Assembly (NCBI GenBank): GCA_051867815.1
Contig: JBJDZD010000141.1
Location: 19,432 to 83,431, forward strand
Direction: 5' to 3'
DNA length: 64,000 nt
From: Eubacteriales bacterium
GTDB lineage: Bacteria > Bacillota > Clostridia > Oscillospirales > CAG-272
The notes below the pieces were generated by a model. It was not told where the DNA came from. It worked only from the letters and a program-made list of their open reading frames with translations, and ran no database searches. Of the stretch, positions 47,601 to 55,243 are shown in pieces. Every line of letters begins with the position of its first letter. The stretch's first letter is position 1. The translations under genes and the position numbers were made by a program.

Positions 47601-50202
47601 AGAAGAAGCCAAGAAGCTCCAGGAAGCCCTCCTTGAAGGCCGTGTATATGCCGCATCCGTATCCGGCTCTGCCGCTCTTGAGATTTCAAAGATTTACGCA
47701 GACATCCAGGGCTACTACAAGGGCGCCATCATTGTTAATGATAACGGTATCGTAAGCGTAAGAACCGGTATGCAGACCCTTATTCAGGACGCTCTCGCAA
47801 AGGCGGCTATCAAGAATCCTCTTGAATCCACCTACCAGCTTGCAAATGCGTGGGATAAGGCAAACAAGCTCTTTGCATCCAACTATCCGCTTACCGGAGT
47901 CAACCAGATTCGCGCAGACCTCGAAAAGGCACTCGCATCCGCCAACACCTCTCTCACTCTTGCAATCAACGCAGTTCCCGAAAAGGAAGCGGCACTCCTT
48001 GCCGCTGTTGACAAGGCAGTTGCAGCCAAGATAGCGTCACTTCCCACTCTCGTTCAGGCTTACGACAAGGCAGTCGCCGATCGCGATGCCATCACAGACG
48101 TAACCTCCGACGAATACGCTGCAAAGCAGGCACTTGTTGATGAGGCTCTTGCCGCAATCACCAAGTACGTCGCATCCCTCGACGATGCAAGAGCTTATGC
48201 GAATGCATACAATGCAATGAGCGTGGCCAGAGCCACCATGGCAAGCATTCTGACTCAACTCACCTCTGCAAAGAACGATGCAGTTACTGCTTACGAGAAT
48301 GCTCAGAAGGCTGCCGCTGTTCTCCTTGCTGAGAATGCAGAGTATCTTGCAAAGACCGCAGAGCTTAAGGAGCTTGAGCTTCAGCGTGCCAAGCTCACAA
48401 CGGTTCTGATGAACCTCAAGAACAACCTTTCCTCTTATTCCGCAAGCTATCCCGACAGCTACGAGCATAAGCTTCTCATCTCCTACATTGCCGACTACGA
48501 GGCAAAGATAGAGGTCGCTACCGATGCAGTCAATGCTAAGCAGGATGAGATCGACGCTCTCTATGCAACGGTTGACGCAGGCTTTGCCGCTCTCAAGAGC
48601 GCGGCAGAGGCGGCAACGGCTCTCGTTGCAAATCCCGAGAATGATGCTTCTTATGCGGCAGAAAAGGCTGTTTACGATGCTAACACGCAGATCATCGACA
48701 CCCTCACCGCGGCGCTCACTCCCGCAGTTCGCACCGTATACGAGAACATGATCGACGAGTACACCGTTCTTTCCGGCAATTACACCGCGCTTACCTCCCA
48801 GCTCTCTGCAATGGAGCTTGCGGCTTACACAGGAGCCGATTATGACAGACTTGCGGCAGCCGTTGAGGATAAGAAGAACGCTCTCACCGCTCTTACCGAG
48901 GGCTATGTTAACGACGCAACCTACATTGACCTCGTTGAGAAGCTCACCGCATCCATTGACGCGAAGATCGCAGAGCTGGTTGCAAAGATCGACGGAGCGG
49001 ATGCCGCTACCCAGATCAAGCTGGCAAACGAGATAGCTTCACTGATGTCCGTTAAGTACCAGAAGGTAACGATTCCGAAAAACATCGGCAAGGAAGGCGC
49101 AAACATCCTCCTTGAGGTTGAAAAGAATTCGGACGGTTACGTTATCGGCGGCGGTTATATCGTCAACGATTACATCACCAAGTACAAGACCAACATCAAG
49201 AAGAGCGCAGAATACACCGCACTCGACAAGGAGCTTGACACCGCCACTCTGGCATTCAACTCATACAAAAACGGTAAGCTCGGAGCGCTTAAGTCCACCG
49301 ACGATTACAAGGCACTTAAGGCACAAGCCGATGCCTTACTCTCCGAGATGAATGCATACGATCTTGACACGATCGATTTCCGTAACGCACTTACTCAGCT
49401 TATCAACGCTCGCGCAAACGAAATCTCCGCACAGGCTAAGGCAGACGCCGCTAAGGCAGCCCTTGATGCGGCAGAGCCGTACACCGGTGTTGACGCTTAT
49501 GAAAAGGTACTTGCGGCTTACACGGTCGCTATGGCACCCGATGCAAACATTCTCACCAAGTACCCGACGGCACTTAAGGATTACAACACCGCATTTGGCT
49601 ATGTAAAGACTCAGATCACCAGCGTAAACAGCCTCTTCAAGAACCTCGATACTCAGGCCGATATCCTTAATACCGCACTCAAGAACTCCGATATTGCAAA
49701 GAAATATTACCATTCCGATGAGTTCCGGGGCGTATATTCTCCTGAGTTCCTTGCAGATCTTGACAACGTTTATGCCGAGACGTTTGAGAACACGAAGTCC
49801 GCAAACGTAATCGTTGACGAAGCACTTGTCGTCTTCATCGACACCCTCACGCTCGCAAAGACCCTCATCCCCAACACCAACGCAGACCTTGAGCTTACCG
49901 CTCTCCGCGTTGTGACCAAGGATGACGGAACCATCGAGGTTCCCGAAATCATCGAGGACACCGAGGAAGAAGAGGAAGAAGATGATGAGGACGAGTACGA
50001 GTACACCAAGTACACGGAGGACTCCGGATACATCGTCTACATTGAATACGACAACGGTGCTTTCTTCATTCTCAACTACAATGACTTCGCAGTTGTCACC
50101 GTTTTGGACGGTACTGCATACACCATCAAGCCCTACGGCGGTGTACTGGTTAATGCCGAAGGTACTACCCGGTACTTTAAGGCAACTGAGGGAATTTACT
50201 AA
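44629..50202 (+). CDS. 1857-aa secreted protein: ~970-aa uncharacterised N-terminal region (possibly DUF5696-like) + ~800-aa Ala-rich alpha-helical region + poly-Glu/Asp tract + ~60-aa C-terminal beta domain
   Basis: A GGAAGGAGA RBS precedes ATG 44629, and the signal peptide is MKRILALLLTVITMFGTFAVNISAAA. The N-terminal region includes IPMYIETFGTLE...KFKLRGYANGGMYSSVPYKLEWEKSVGG...GFEVFPEFDF. From ~47530 the sequence is EEALKKEQELAEQLKAEEEAKKLQEA and then hundreds of A/L/K/E/T/D-rich residues. The EDTEEEEEEDDEDEYEY tract lies at ~49955-50005. I saw no LPXTG, SLH or dockerin motif. Confidence 0.6.
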   Translation: MKRILALLLTVITMFGTFAVNISAAAVPDILEKDKDGKDIPGEVDWTSTLKQYLTLEFKTEQEKLESMTMMYEKDGYQLWIDDYTGEVATVNVASGQILFSNPYDIGSTSSSDSIKAELFSQIVVKYTDNDTEKYMHSFTEAASRGQINFKYIKNGIRVEYSIGREETRMLVPRQIERSRFEDFILQPFADEINKISEENGCIVLDWREYLPMAKRNNMIKDSSPTGQPKDGNNEWFKFVKLLAFYSQKFLGECETEKERRSMLALYPITKKMDIYVCTPDISRNELITIEGYLKTYVPTYTFEQLEADHLMTEYEGQDKSPPLFKMALEYTLDEMGMTVRLPANGLRFDESLYQLTYVSILPYMGAGANYLLGDKDEEFTGYNFFPDGSGTLFRHEELNGKANTVVNGKVYGQDFAYNTIVGANQQVIRYPVFGIVSNTHRTESVKVEKRVTEEVTDANGNVIIIDKDGSIVNEHKYEEGMVDIEVTEDKGFVAIIEEGDALAELSDYHMGSSGKYNTIQMLFYPRPKDSYNLANAISVGANATWTVVSSRKYVGNYKIRYIMLTDDQIAEEKGMDKYYECSWMGMAEAYRDYLYSKGDLESLTEKDVQADIPMYIETFGTLETLEKIMSIPVNVMTSLTSFENVKTMYDELSAEGVSNIKFKLRGYANGGMYSSVPYKLEWEKSVGGASGFKDLLDYSAEKGFEVFPEFDFVYVGTTKAFDGLTLKKHIVKSINDTYMSRRYYSATRQTHVGRYELAISAAYYSHFYDKLTSNLLKYYEDTDALKAISVSTLGTDLNSDFDEDEPYNREDNKKYTMNIFSKMDEDYDLVMTEGANAYTWKYVDYIINVPLDSSRYNMSSNSVPFIGVVLHGSVQFAGTPLNMEGNIGYSMLKAIENGAGLYFILCYENYEELKEDHILSEYYSVRYDILKDDVVRYYTILNDLTKDLQLSKIVGHKFLIGERVPDPDEVIADEEALKKEQELAEQLKAEEEAKKLQEALLEGRVYAASVSGSAALEISKIYADIQGYYKGAIIVNDNGIVSVRTGMQTLIQDALAKAAIKNPLESTYQLANAWDKANKLFASNYPLTGVNQIRADLEKALASANTSLTLAINAVPEKEAALLAAVDKAVAAKIASLPTLVQAYDKAVADRDAITDVTSDEYAAKQALVDEALAAITKYVASLDDARAYANAYNAMSVARATMASILTQLTSAKNDAVTAYENAQKAAAVLLAENAEYLAKTAELKELELQRAKLTTVLMNLKNNLSSYSASYPDSYEHKLLISYIADYEAKIEVATDAVNAKQDEIDALYATVDAGFAALKSAAEAATALVANPENDASYAAEKAVYDANTQIIDTLTAALTPAVRTVYENMIDEYTVLSGNYTALTSQLSAMELAAYTGADYDRLAAAVEDKKNALTALTEGYVNDATYIDLVEKLTASIDAKIAELVAKIDGADAATQIKLANEIASLMSVKYQKVTIPKNIGKEGANILLEVEKNSDGYVIGGGYIVNDYITKYKTNIKKSAEYTALDKELDTATLAFNSYKNGKLGALKSTDDYKALKAQADALLSEMNAYDLDTIDFRNALTQLINARANEISAQAKADAAKAALDAAEPYTGVDAYEKVLAAYTVAMAPDANILTKYPTALKDYNTAFGYVKTQITSVNSLFKNLDTQADILNTALKNSDIAKKYYHSDEFRGVYSPEFLADLDNVYAETFENTKSANVIVDEALVVFIDTLTLAKTLIPNTNADLELTALRVVTKDDGTIEVPEIIEDTEEEEEEDDEDEYEYTKYTEDSGYIVYIEYDNGAFFILNYNDFAVVTVLDGTAYTIKPYGGVLVNAEGTTRYFKATEGIY

Positions 50203-50216
50203 AGGAGGCGACTTAA

Positions 50217-51206
50217 ATGACAAATGATCTTAAACTGAACAACACTGTCAGCGCAGAGAAGACAAAGACTTCCAAGAAGCGCCGCGGATCGGCGTCGCTT
50301 GACAGAAGAAAGGCGCGCTCCGGTTATTTCTTCGTTCTGCCATTCCTTATCGGATTTATTGCAATCTATCTCCCTATGATCTGGGACTCGATCGTATTCA
50401 GCTTCAGCCATGTTACGATCGTTCCCGGTGAGGGATCGGTTACCGAATGGGTCGGCTGGGCAAACTACAACGAGGCACTCTTTGTCAACCCGAACTTCGT
50501 AAGAACTCTGGGTAAAGGTATTCTCGAGCTTGCTTTCGACATTCCGGCAATTATTCTGTTCTCCCTCTTCATGGCAGTCCTTCTGAACCAGAAGATGGCG
50601 GGACGCGCAGTATTCCGTGCTATCTTCTTCATCCCCGTTATCCTTTCGACCGGCCTTATGGAGACCATTGATGCGGCTAACACCCTTGAGGACATGATGG
50701 GAGACGAGAACGGTATTGCGGACGGCACTGAAACAAGTGCCGCCTCGCAGATCGTTTCCGCGATAGACATTGAAAACTTGTTCGCCGGCATGAAGGTCGG
50801 TACCGGACTTGTTGACTACGTCGTTGAGATGATCAACAATATCTATGATATCGTTAACCGTTCCGGCGTACAGATGCTTATCTTCCTCGCAGGTCTGCAG
50901 TCCATATCTCCCGCAATCTATGAGTCCTGCTCGATAGACGGCGCAACCGGTTGGGAAACATTCTGGAAGATAACGTTCCCGATGATAAGCCCGATGATAC
51001 TCGTTAACGCAGTTTATACCATCATAGACTCGTTCACAACAAACTCGAACACGGTCATGAAGTTCATTGACGATGTATATACCCAGACCAACGGTAAGGA
51101 AGTTTCCTCCGCGATGTCCTGGATGTACTTCCTCATCGTCATTCTGATAGTTGCAGTTGTTGCGGCTATCGCATCCGCGTTCGTATTCTATCAGCGTAAA
51201 GACTAA
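50217..51206 (+). CDS. ABC sugar transporter permease (MalF type) with an inserted acidic loop
   Basis: The EAA loop is FLAGLQSISPAIYESCSIDGATGWETFWKITFPM. An extra segment (METIDAANTLEDMMGDENGIADGTETSAASQIVSAIDIENLFAGMKVG) lies between TM helices. Confidence 0.8.
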   Translation: MTNDLKLNNTVSAEKTKTSKKRRGSASLDRRKARSGYFFVLPFLIGFIAIYLPMIWDSIVFSFSHVTIVPGEGSVTEWVGWANYNEALFVNPNFVRTLGKGILELAFDIPAIILFSLFMAVLLNQKMAGRAVFRAIFFIPVILSTGLMETIDAANTLEDMMGDENGIADGTETSAASQIVSAIDIENLFAGMKVGTGLVDYVVEMINNIYDIVNRSGVQMLIFLAGLQSISPAIYESCSIDGATGWETFWKITFPMISPMILVNAVYTIIDSFTTNSNTVMKFIDDVYTQTNGKEVSSAMSWMYFLIVILIVAVVAAIASAFVFYQRKD

Positions 51207-51224
51207 GGAAAGGAGGAAAGATTC

Positions 51225-52352
51225 ATGAATGCACAACAGACAACTCCCACTATAAAAAGGGAGTCAAAGAACAAGATCAGAGTTGAATTTGAGCGTACAC
51301 CTCTCAAAGAAAGACTCAAGGCCAAGTTCATCAATATGGCTTTTGTAGGCAATATTATCTGGTACGTCTTCAGATTCGTCCTTCTTCTCGGTATTGCGTA
51401 CATCGTACTTTTCCCCTTCTATACAAAGATCGCCGGTTCCTTCATGGGCAGAAACGATTTTGTTGACGTAACGGTAATGCTTATCCCGAAGGACTTCTCG
51501 CTCGACATCTATAAGTTCATTCTCCTTGAGAATAAATACTTTGAGGCGTTCGGCAACACCCTCCTTCTCGCGGGATCCACCGCTATCATTCAGACCTTTG
51601 TCTGCTGCCTTATAGCTTACGGACTTGCAAAGTTCAAGTTCAAAGGCTCCAAGCTCGTATTCCTGGCAGTAATCTTTACAATGGTCGTACCTCACCAGAC
51701 GATTCAGTACTCGATGTTTATGAATTTCCGATATTTTGATATATTCGGAATCGTCAAATTCCTCTCGGGTAACGCCACCGTCGGCGATATCGGTTGGCTG
51801 AATAACATTCTTGCCAACATCAATATCTTCGGCGCAAATCCTACCAGCCAATTCCTCAAGGCAGTTGTAGAGGACGGAGCACTCAACCTCAACAATACCT
51901 ATTGGCCATTGATCGTCCTGTCGATGACGGGTCTCGGATTCAAGAACGGACTTTACGTATTCATGCTTCGTCAGTTCTTCATGGGCGTTCCGAATGAGCT
52001 TGAAGAGTCCGCATACATCGACGGCTCGGGTGTCGGACGTACGTTCCTGCAGATCATTCTGCCCCTGTCCATCCCCATGATGATCACCGTTTTCCTCTTT
52101 GCCTTCTCATGGCAGTGGACCGATGACTTCTACACCACGCTGTTCTTCACAACGCACAAGACGGTGCTTATGCCCGATGTCGTTGCAATTCCTACGTCGC
52201 TGGATGTATCCTACGCCGGATCGAACCTCTATAATGCGGCTATCAGAAACACCTGCGGCCTCTTGATAATCCTTCCGCTCTTGATTATGTACCTGTTCTG
52301 CCAGAACTTCCTGGTTCAGGGCATTGAGCGTTCCGGACTTACTGCAGATTAA
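51225..52352 (+). CDS. ABC sugar transporter permease (MalG type) with ~50-aa insertion
   Basis: The EAA loop is ELEESAYIDGSGVGRTFLQIILPLSIP. The inserted segment is FDIFGIVKFLSGNATVGDIGWLNNILANINIFGANPTSQFLKAVVEDGALNLNN. At 375 aa it is longer than the ~290 aa of the first MalG-type permease. Confidence 0.8.
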   Translation: MNAQQTTPTIKRESKNKIRVEFERTPLKERLKAKFINMAFVGNIIWYVFRFVLLLGIAYIVLFPFYTKIAGSFMGRNDFVDVTVMLIPKDFSLDIYKFILLENKYFEAFGNTLLLAGSTAIIQTFVCCLIAYGLAKFKFKGSKLVFLAVIFTMVVPHQTIQYSMFMNFRYFDIFGIVKFLSGNATVGDIGWLNNILANINIFGANPTSQFLKAVVEDGALNLNNTYWPLIVLSMTGLGFKNGLYVFMLRQFFMGVPNELEESAYIDGSGVGRTFLQIILPLSIPMMITVFLFAFSWQWTDDFYTTLFFTTHKTVLMPDVVAIPTSLDVSYAGSNLYNAAIRNTCGLLIILPLLIMYLFCQNFLVQGIERSGLTAD

Positions 52353-52371
52353 TTTCCGCGCTGTCCGGAAA

Positions 52372-52408
52372 AGAAACCCCGGCATCCTTTCGGATGTCGG
52401 GGCTTCTT
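52372..52408 (+). terminator. Hairpin terminator after the accessory operon
   Basis: The stem CCCCGGCATCC/GGATGTCGGGG contains one G-U pair, has a TTTC loop and has extended A/T flanks. The U-tract is interrupted. Confidence 0.6.
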
Positions 52409-52414
52409 TATATC

Positions 52415-52453
52415 AAAAACGCGCGTCCTTCAAAAGGAAGGACACGCGTTTTT
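52415..52453. terminator. Bidirectional terminator shared by the accessory operon and alaS
   Basis: AAAAACGCG-C-GTCCTTC / GAAGGAC-A-CGCGTTTTT forms a 12-bp stem with one mismatch, with A5 on the left and T5 on the right. Confidence 0.8.
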
Positions 52454-52463
52454 GTATATTTGA

Positions 52464-55094
52464 TTATTTGAGAAGTGCAACGAGTGCGGATTCGGCCGAT
52501 GCAAGTGCGCTGTCAATGAGGGAGGCATCGCGGCCGCCTGCCATTGCGTTGTCGGGGCGTCCGCCGCCCTTGCCTCCGGTCACGGCGGCAACTGCGGAAA
52601 CGATCTTACCTGCGTGTGCGCCCGCCTTGACGGCATCAGCACCGCAAACGGTGATGAAGTTCAGTTTGCCGTCGGTGTTGACTGCAAGAACGGCGACGAT
52701 ATCACTTCTCTTTGCCTTGATCTCGTCAGCAAGTGAGCGGGCAACCTCAAGAGCCATGCCGTCGAAGCGTGCCGTTGCAAGGGATACGCCGTCGACTGTC
52801 TTTGCACCGTCAAGAAGTGCGCCGAGCTTGGTTGCGGCGAGCTTGGAATTGAGAGATTCGATCTCATGCCTTGCCGCGTTAAGCTCGGAAACGGTTGCCG
52901 CCGCCTTCTTGGCGAGGTCTGTGGGGTTGGAGGCCTTAAGCTCGCGTGCGGTCTCTTGAATGAGATTTTCCTTCTGCTCGATAAGTTTTAGTACGCCGAG
53001 GCCGGTCACCGCCTCAATTCGACGAACACCTGCCGCAACGGAGGTTTCGGAAATGATCTTAAACAGACCGATTTCTCCGGTGTTTGAACAATGCGTACCT
53101 CCGCAAAGCTCGGTGGAGAAACCTCCCATCTTGACCATGCGGACGACCTTGCCGTATTTTTCACCGAAGAGCGCCATTGCGCCCTCTGCCTTTGCGGTCT
53201 CGATGTCGGTTTCCTTGGTAACTATGGAGTTGGCAACGAGGATGTTGGCGTTAACCGTTGCCTCGACCCTCTTGATCTCCTCGGGCGTCAGCGCCTGGAA
53301 GTGAGAGAAGTCAAAGCGGCAGACCTTGTTGCTGACGTATGAGCCTGCCTGCTCAACATGCTCGCCGAGAACGGCGCGGAGCGCCGCCTGAAGCAGGTGC
53401 GCCGCGGAGTGGTTGCGCATGATGGCCTTGCGGCGCATCGTGTCGATTACGGCAACGACACTGTCTCCGACGCTGAATATGCCGTTTGCAACGGTGCAAA
53501 GATGGAGATAGATGCCGTCGGTTTTCTTGGTGTCGGTAACGCTGATAAGCTTGCCCTCGCCTGCAATGGTGCCGGTGTCACCGATCTGTCCGCCGCCTTC
53601 GCCGTAGAAGGGGGTGCGGTCGAGGATCATCGTGCAATCGCCTTCGCTTACGCTGTCAACAAGCTCACCGTCCACCAGAATGGCAACGATCTTTGCATTG
53701 GAGCTATCTTGGGTGTAGCCGGTGAATTCGGTTTTGCCGATGTTTTCGGGGAGGGAGGTGGAAGCGGAATCCCAGCCGCCGATATTTGCGCGAGCCTCGC
53801 GCGCGCGCTTCTTCTGCTGAGTCATCAGCATGGTGAAGGTGTTCTCGTCAATACGCAGGTGGCTCTCCTCGGCAATCTCGCGGGTGAGGTCGATCGGGAA
53901 TCCGAAAGTATCGTAGAGCTTGAATACTTCCTCGCCGGAGATGAAGTCGGATTTGTTCGCAAGCGCACCCCGAACGAGATTGGAGAGGATGGAAAGACCG
54001 GCGTCTATGGTGGCGTCGAAGCGCTCCTCCTCAATGGAAAGGACCTTCTTGATATAATCTGCTCTTGCGGAAAGCTCGGGATACGCGCCACAGCTTTCGC
54101 CGATGGCGACCTCAACTACATCCGTAAGGAAGGGGTGATCGATCTCAAGGAGCTTACCGTGGCGGCAAGCGCGGCGGATGATACGGCGCAGAACATATCC
54201 GCGGCCCTCATTGGAGGGAATAACGCTGTCCGAGATCATGAACATGGCGCTGCGGACATGGTCGGTAATGACGCGGATGGAAATATCGTTGTTCTTGTCG
54301 TCACCGTACTTCTTGCCGGAGATTTCACAGACCTTGGAGATTATCTTTTGAATGGTATCGACCTCGAACATGTTGTCAACGCCCTGCATTACGCAAGCAA
54401 GGCGCTCAAGTCCCATGCCGGTGTCGATGTTCTTTTGCGCAAGCTCGGTGTAGTTGCCGTTGCCGTCATTGTTGAACTGGGAGAATACGTTGTTCCAGAT
54501 CTCCATGTAGCGGTCACATTCACAGCCGGGCTTGCAGTCGGGCGAGCCGCAACCGTACTTTTCACCGCGGTCGAAATAAATCTCGGAGCAGGGACCGCAG
54601 GGGCCGGAGCCATGCTCCCAGAAGTTGTCGGCCTTGCCGAGGCGCACGATGCGCTCCTCGGGAACGCCGATCTTGTCGTGCCAGATATGGAATGCCTCCT
54701 CGTCCTCCTCGTAAATGGAGGGCCAGAGAAGCTCGGAGGGGATTTCAAGAGTTACTGTGAGGAACTCCCAAGCCCACTCGATTGCCTGTTCCTTGAAGTA
54801 GTCTCCGAAGGAGAAGTTGCCGAGCATCTCAAAGAAGGTGCCGTGGCGTGCGGTGTGGCCGACGCGCTCAAGATCGGGCGTGCGGATGCACTTTTGGCAG
54901 GTGGTAACGCGTTTACGGGGAGGCTCCTCCTCGCCGGTGAAAAACTTCTTCATAGGCGCCATGCCCGAGTTGATGAGCAGAAGCGACTTGTCGTTATGCG
55001 GAATCAAAGGATAGGACGGCAAACGCAGATGTCCCTTGGATTCAAAGAATGCAAGATATTTTTCGCGAATGTCGTTAAGCGACGTCCATTGCAT
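52464..55094 (-). CDS. alaS: Alanine--tRNA ligase
   Basis: The N-terminal region FFESKGH...PSYPLIP and FFEMLGNFSFGDYFK are present, with the editing-domain HSAAHLL and CGGTHC and a C-terminal DHHA1 GGKGGGRPDNAMAGG. Length is 876 aa. Confidence 0.97.
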   Translation of the reverse strand: MQWTSLNDIREKYLAFFESKGHLRLPSYPLIPHNDKSLLLINSGMAPMKKFFTGEEEPPRKRVTTCQKCIRTPDLERVGHTARHGTFFEMLGNFSFGDYFKEQAIEWAWEFLTVTLEIPSELLWPSIYEEDEEAFHIWHDKIGVPEERIVRLGKADNFWEHGSGPCGPCSEIYFDRGEKYGCGSPDCKPGCECDRYMEIWNNVFSQFNNDGNGNYTELAQKNIDTGMGLERLACVMQGVDNMFEVDTIQKIISKVCEISGKKYGDDKNNDISIRVITDHVRSAMFMISDSVIPSNEGRGYVLRRIIRRACRHGKLLEIDHPFLTDVVEVAIGESCGAYPELSARADYIKKVLSIEEERFDATIDAGLSILSNLVRGALANKSDFISGEEVFKLYDTFGFPIDLTREIAEESHLRIDENTFTMLMTQQKKRAREARANIGGWDSASTSLPENIGKTEFTGYTQDSSNAKIVAILVDGELVDSVSEGDCTMILDRTPFYGEGGGQIGDTGTIAGEGKLISVTDTKKTDGIYLHLCTVANGIFSVGDSVVAVIDTMRRKAIMRNHSAAHLLQAALRAVLGEHVEQAGSYVSNKVCRFDFSHFQALTPEEIKRVEATVNANILVANSIVTKETDIETAKAEGAMALFGEKYGKVVRMVKMGGFSTELCGGTHCSNTGEIGLFKIISETSVAAGVRRIEAVTGLGVLKLIEQKENLIQETARELKASNPTDLAKKAAATVSELNAARHEIESLNSKLAATKLGALLDGAKTVDGVSLATARFDGMALEVARSLADEIKAKRSDIVAVLAVNTDGKLNFITVCGADAVKAGAHAGKIVSAVAAVTGGKGGGRPDNAMAGGRDASLIDSALASAESALVALLK

Positions 55095-55148
55095 GTGTAT
55101 ATTCCTTTCAAAAAAAATAAATTACTGCTTTTATTACATAGATAATAT

Positions 55149-55177
55149 ATTATAACATTAACGGCTTAAAAAGTCAA
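55149..55177 (-). promoter_or_regulatory. Sigma-A promoter of alaS
   Basis: On the minus strand TTGACT (55177-55172), a 17-nt spacer and TATAAT (55154-55149) leave a leader of only ~50 nt. Confidence 0.7.
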
Positions 55178-55197
55178 TAAAAAGGCGCAAAAAAGCG

Positions 55198-55226
55198 GAA
55201 TATCCGGAGGCGTTTTTTCATAAAAT
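55198..55226 (+). promoter_or_regulatory. Candidate sigma-E-type (mother-cell) promoter of the spoIIIA operon
   Basis: GAATATC (55198-55204), a 14-nt spacer and CATAAAAT (55219-55226) compare with the Bacillus sigma-E consensus kmATATT-14-CATACAhT. spoIIIA is sigma-E dependent in Bacillus. Confidence 0.45.
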
Positions 55227-55243
55227 TCAGTAAAAAGGGGAGC

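Noticed and set aside
35372-52453. A genomic island integrated at the tRNA gene. The accessory locus lies between tRNA(CAT) and alaS.
   Set aside because: I found no integrase, recombinase or transposase. No direct repeat of the tRNA 3' end occurs near 52.35-52.46 kb. Codon usage looks native and highly expressed. Horizontal origin is therefore unsupported, though not excluded without comparative genomics.
53358-55145. A 595-aa ORF on the + strand, opposite alaS.
   Set aside because: It lies entirely antisense to a gene with unmistakable AlaRS motifs. Its translation is low-complexity and rich in A, G, V and L, as expected from stop-poor antisense frames in GC-rich coding DNA. It has no RBS or promoter.
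55095-55243. A T-box leader upstream of alaS.
   Set aside because: Only ~150 bp separate alaS from the divergent spoIIIAA. The best promoter leaves a ~50-nt leader, which is too short for a T-box. No T-box sequence or terminator/antiterminator pair was seen.
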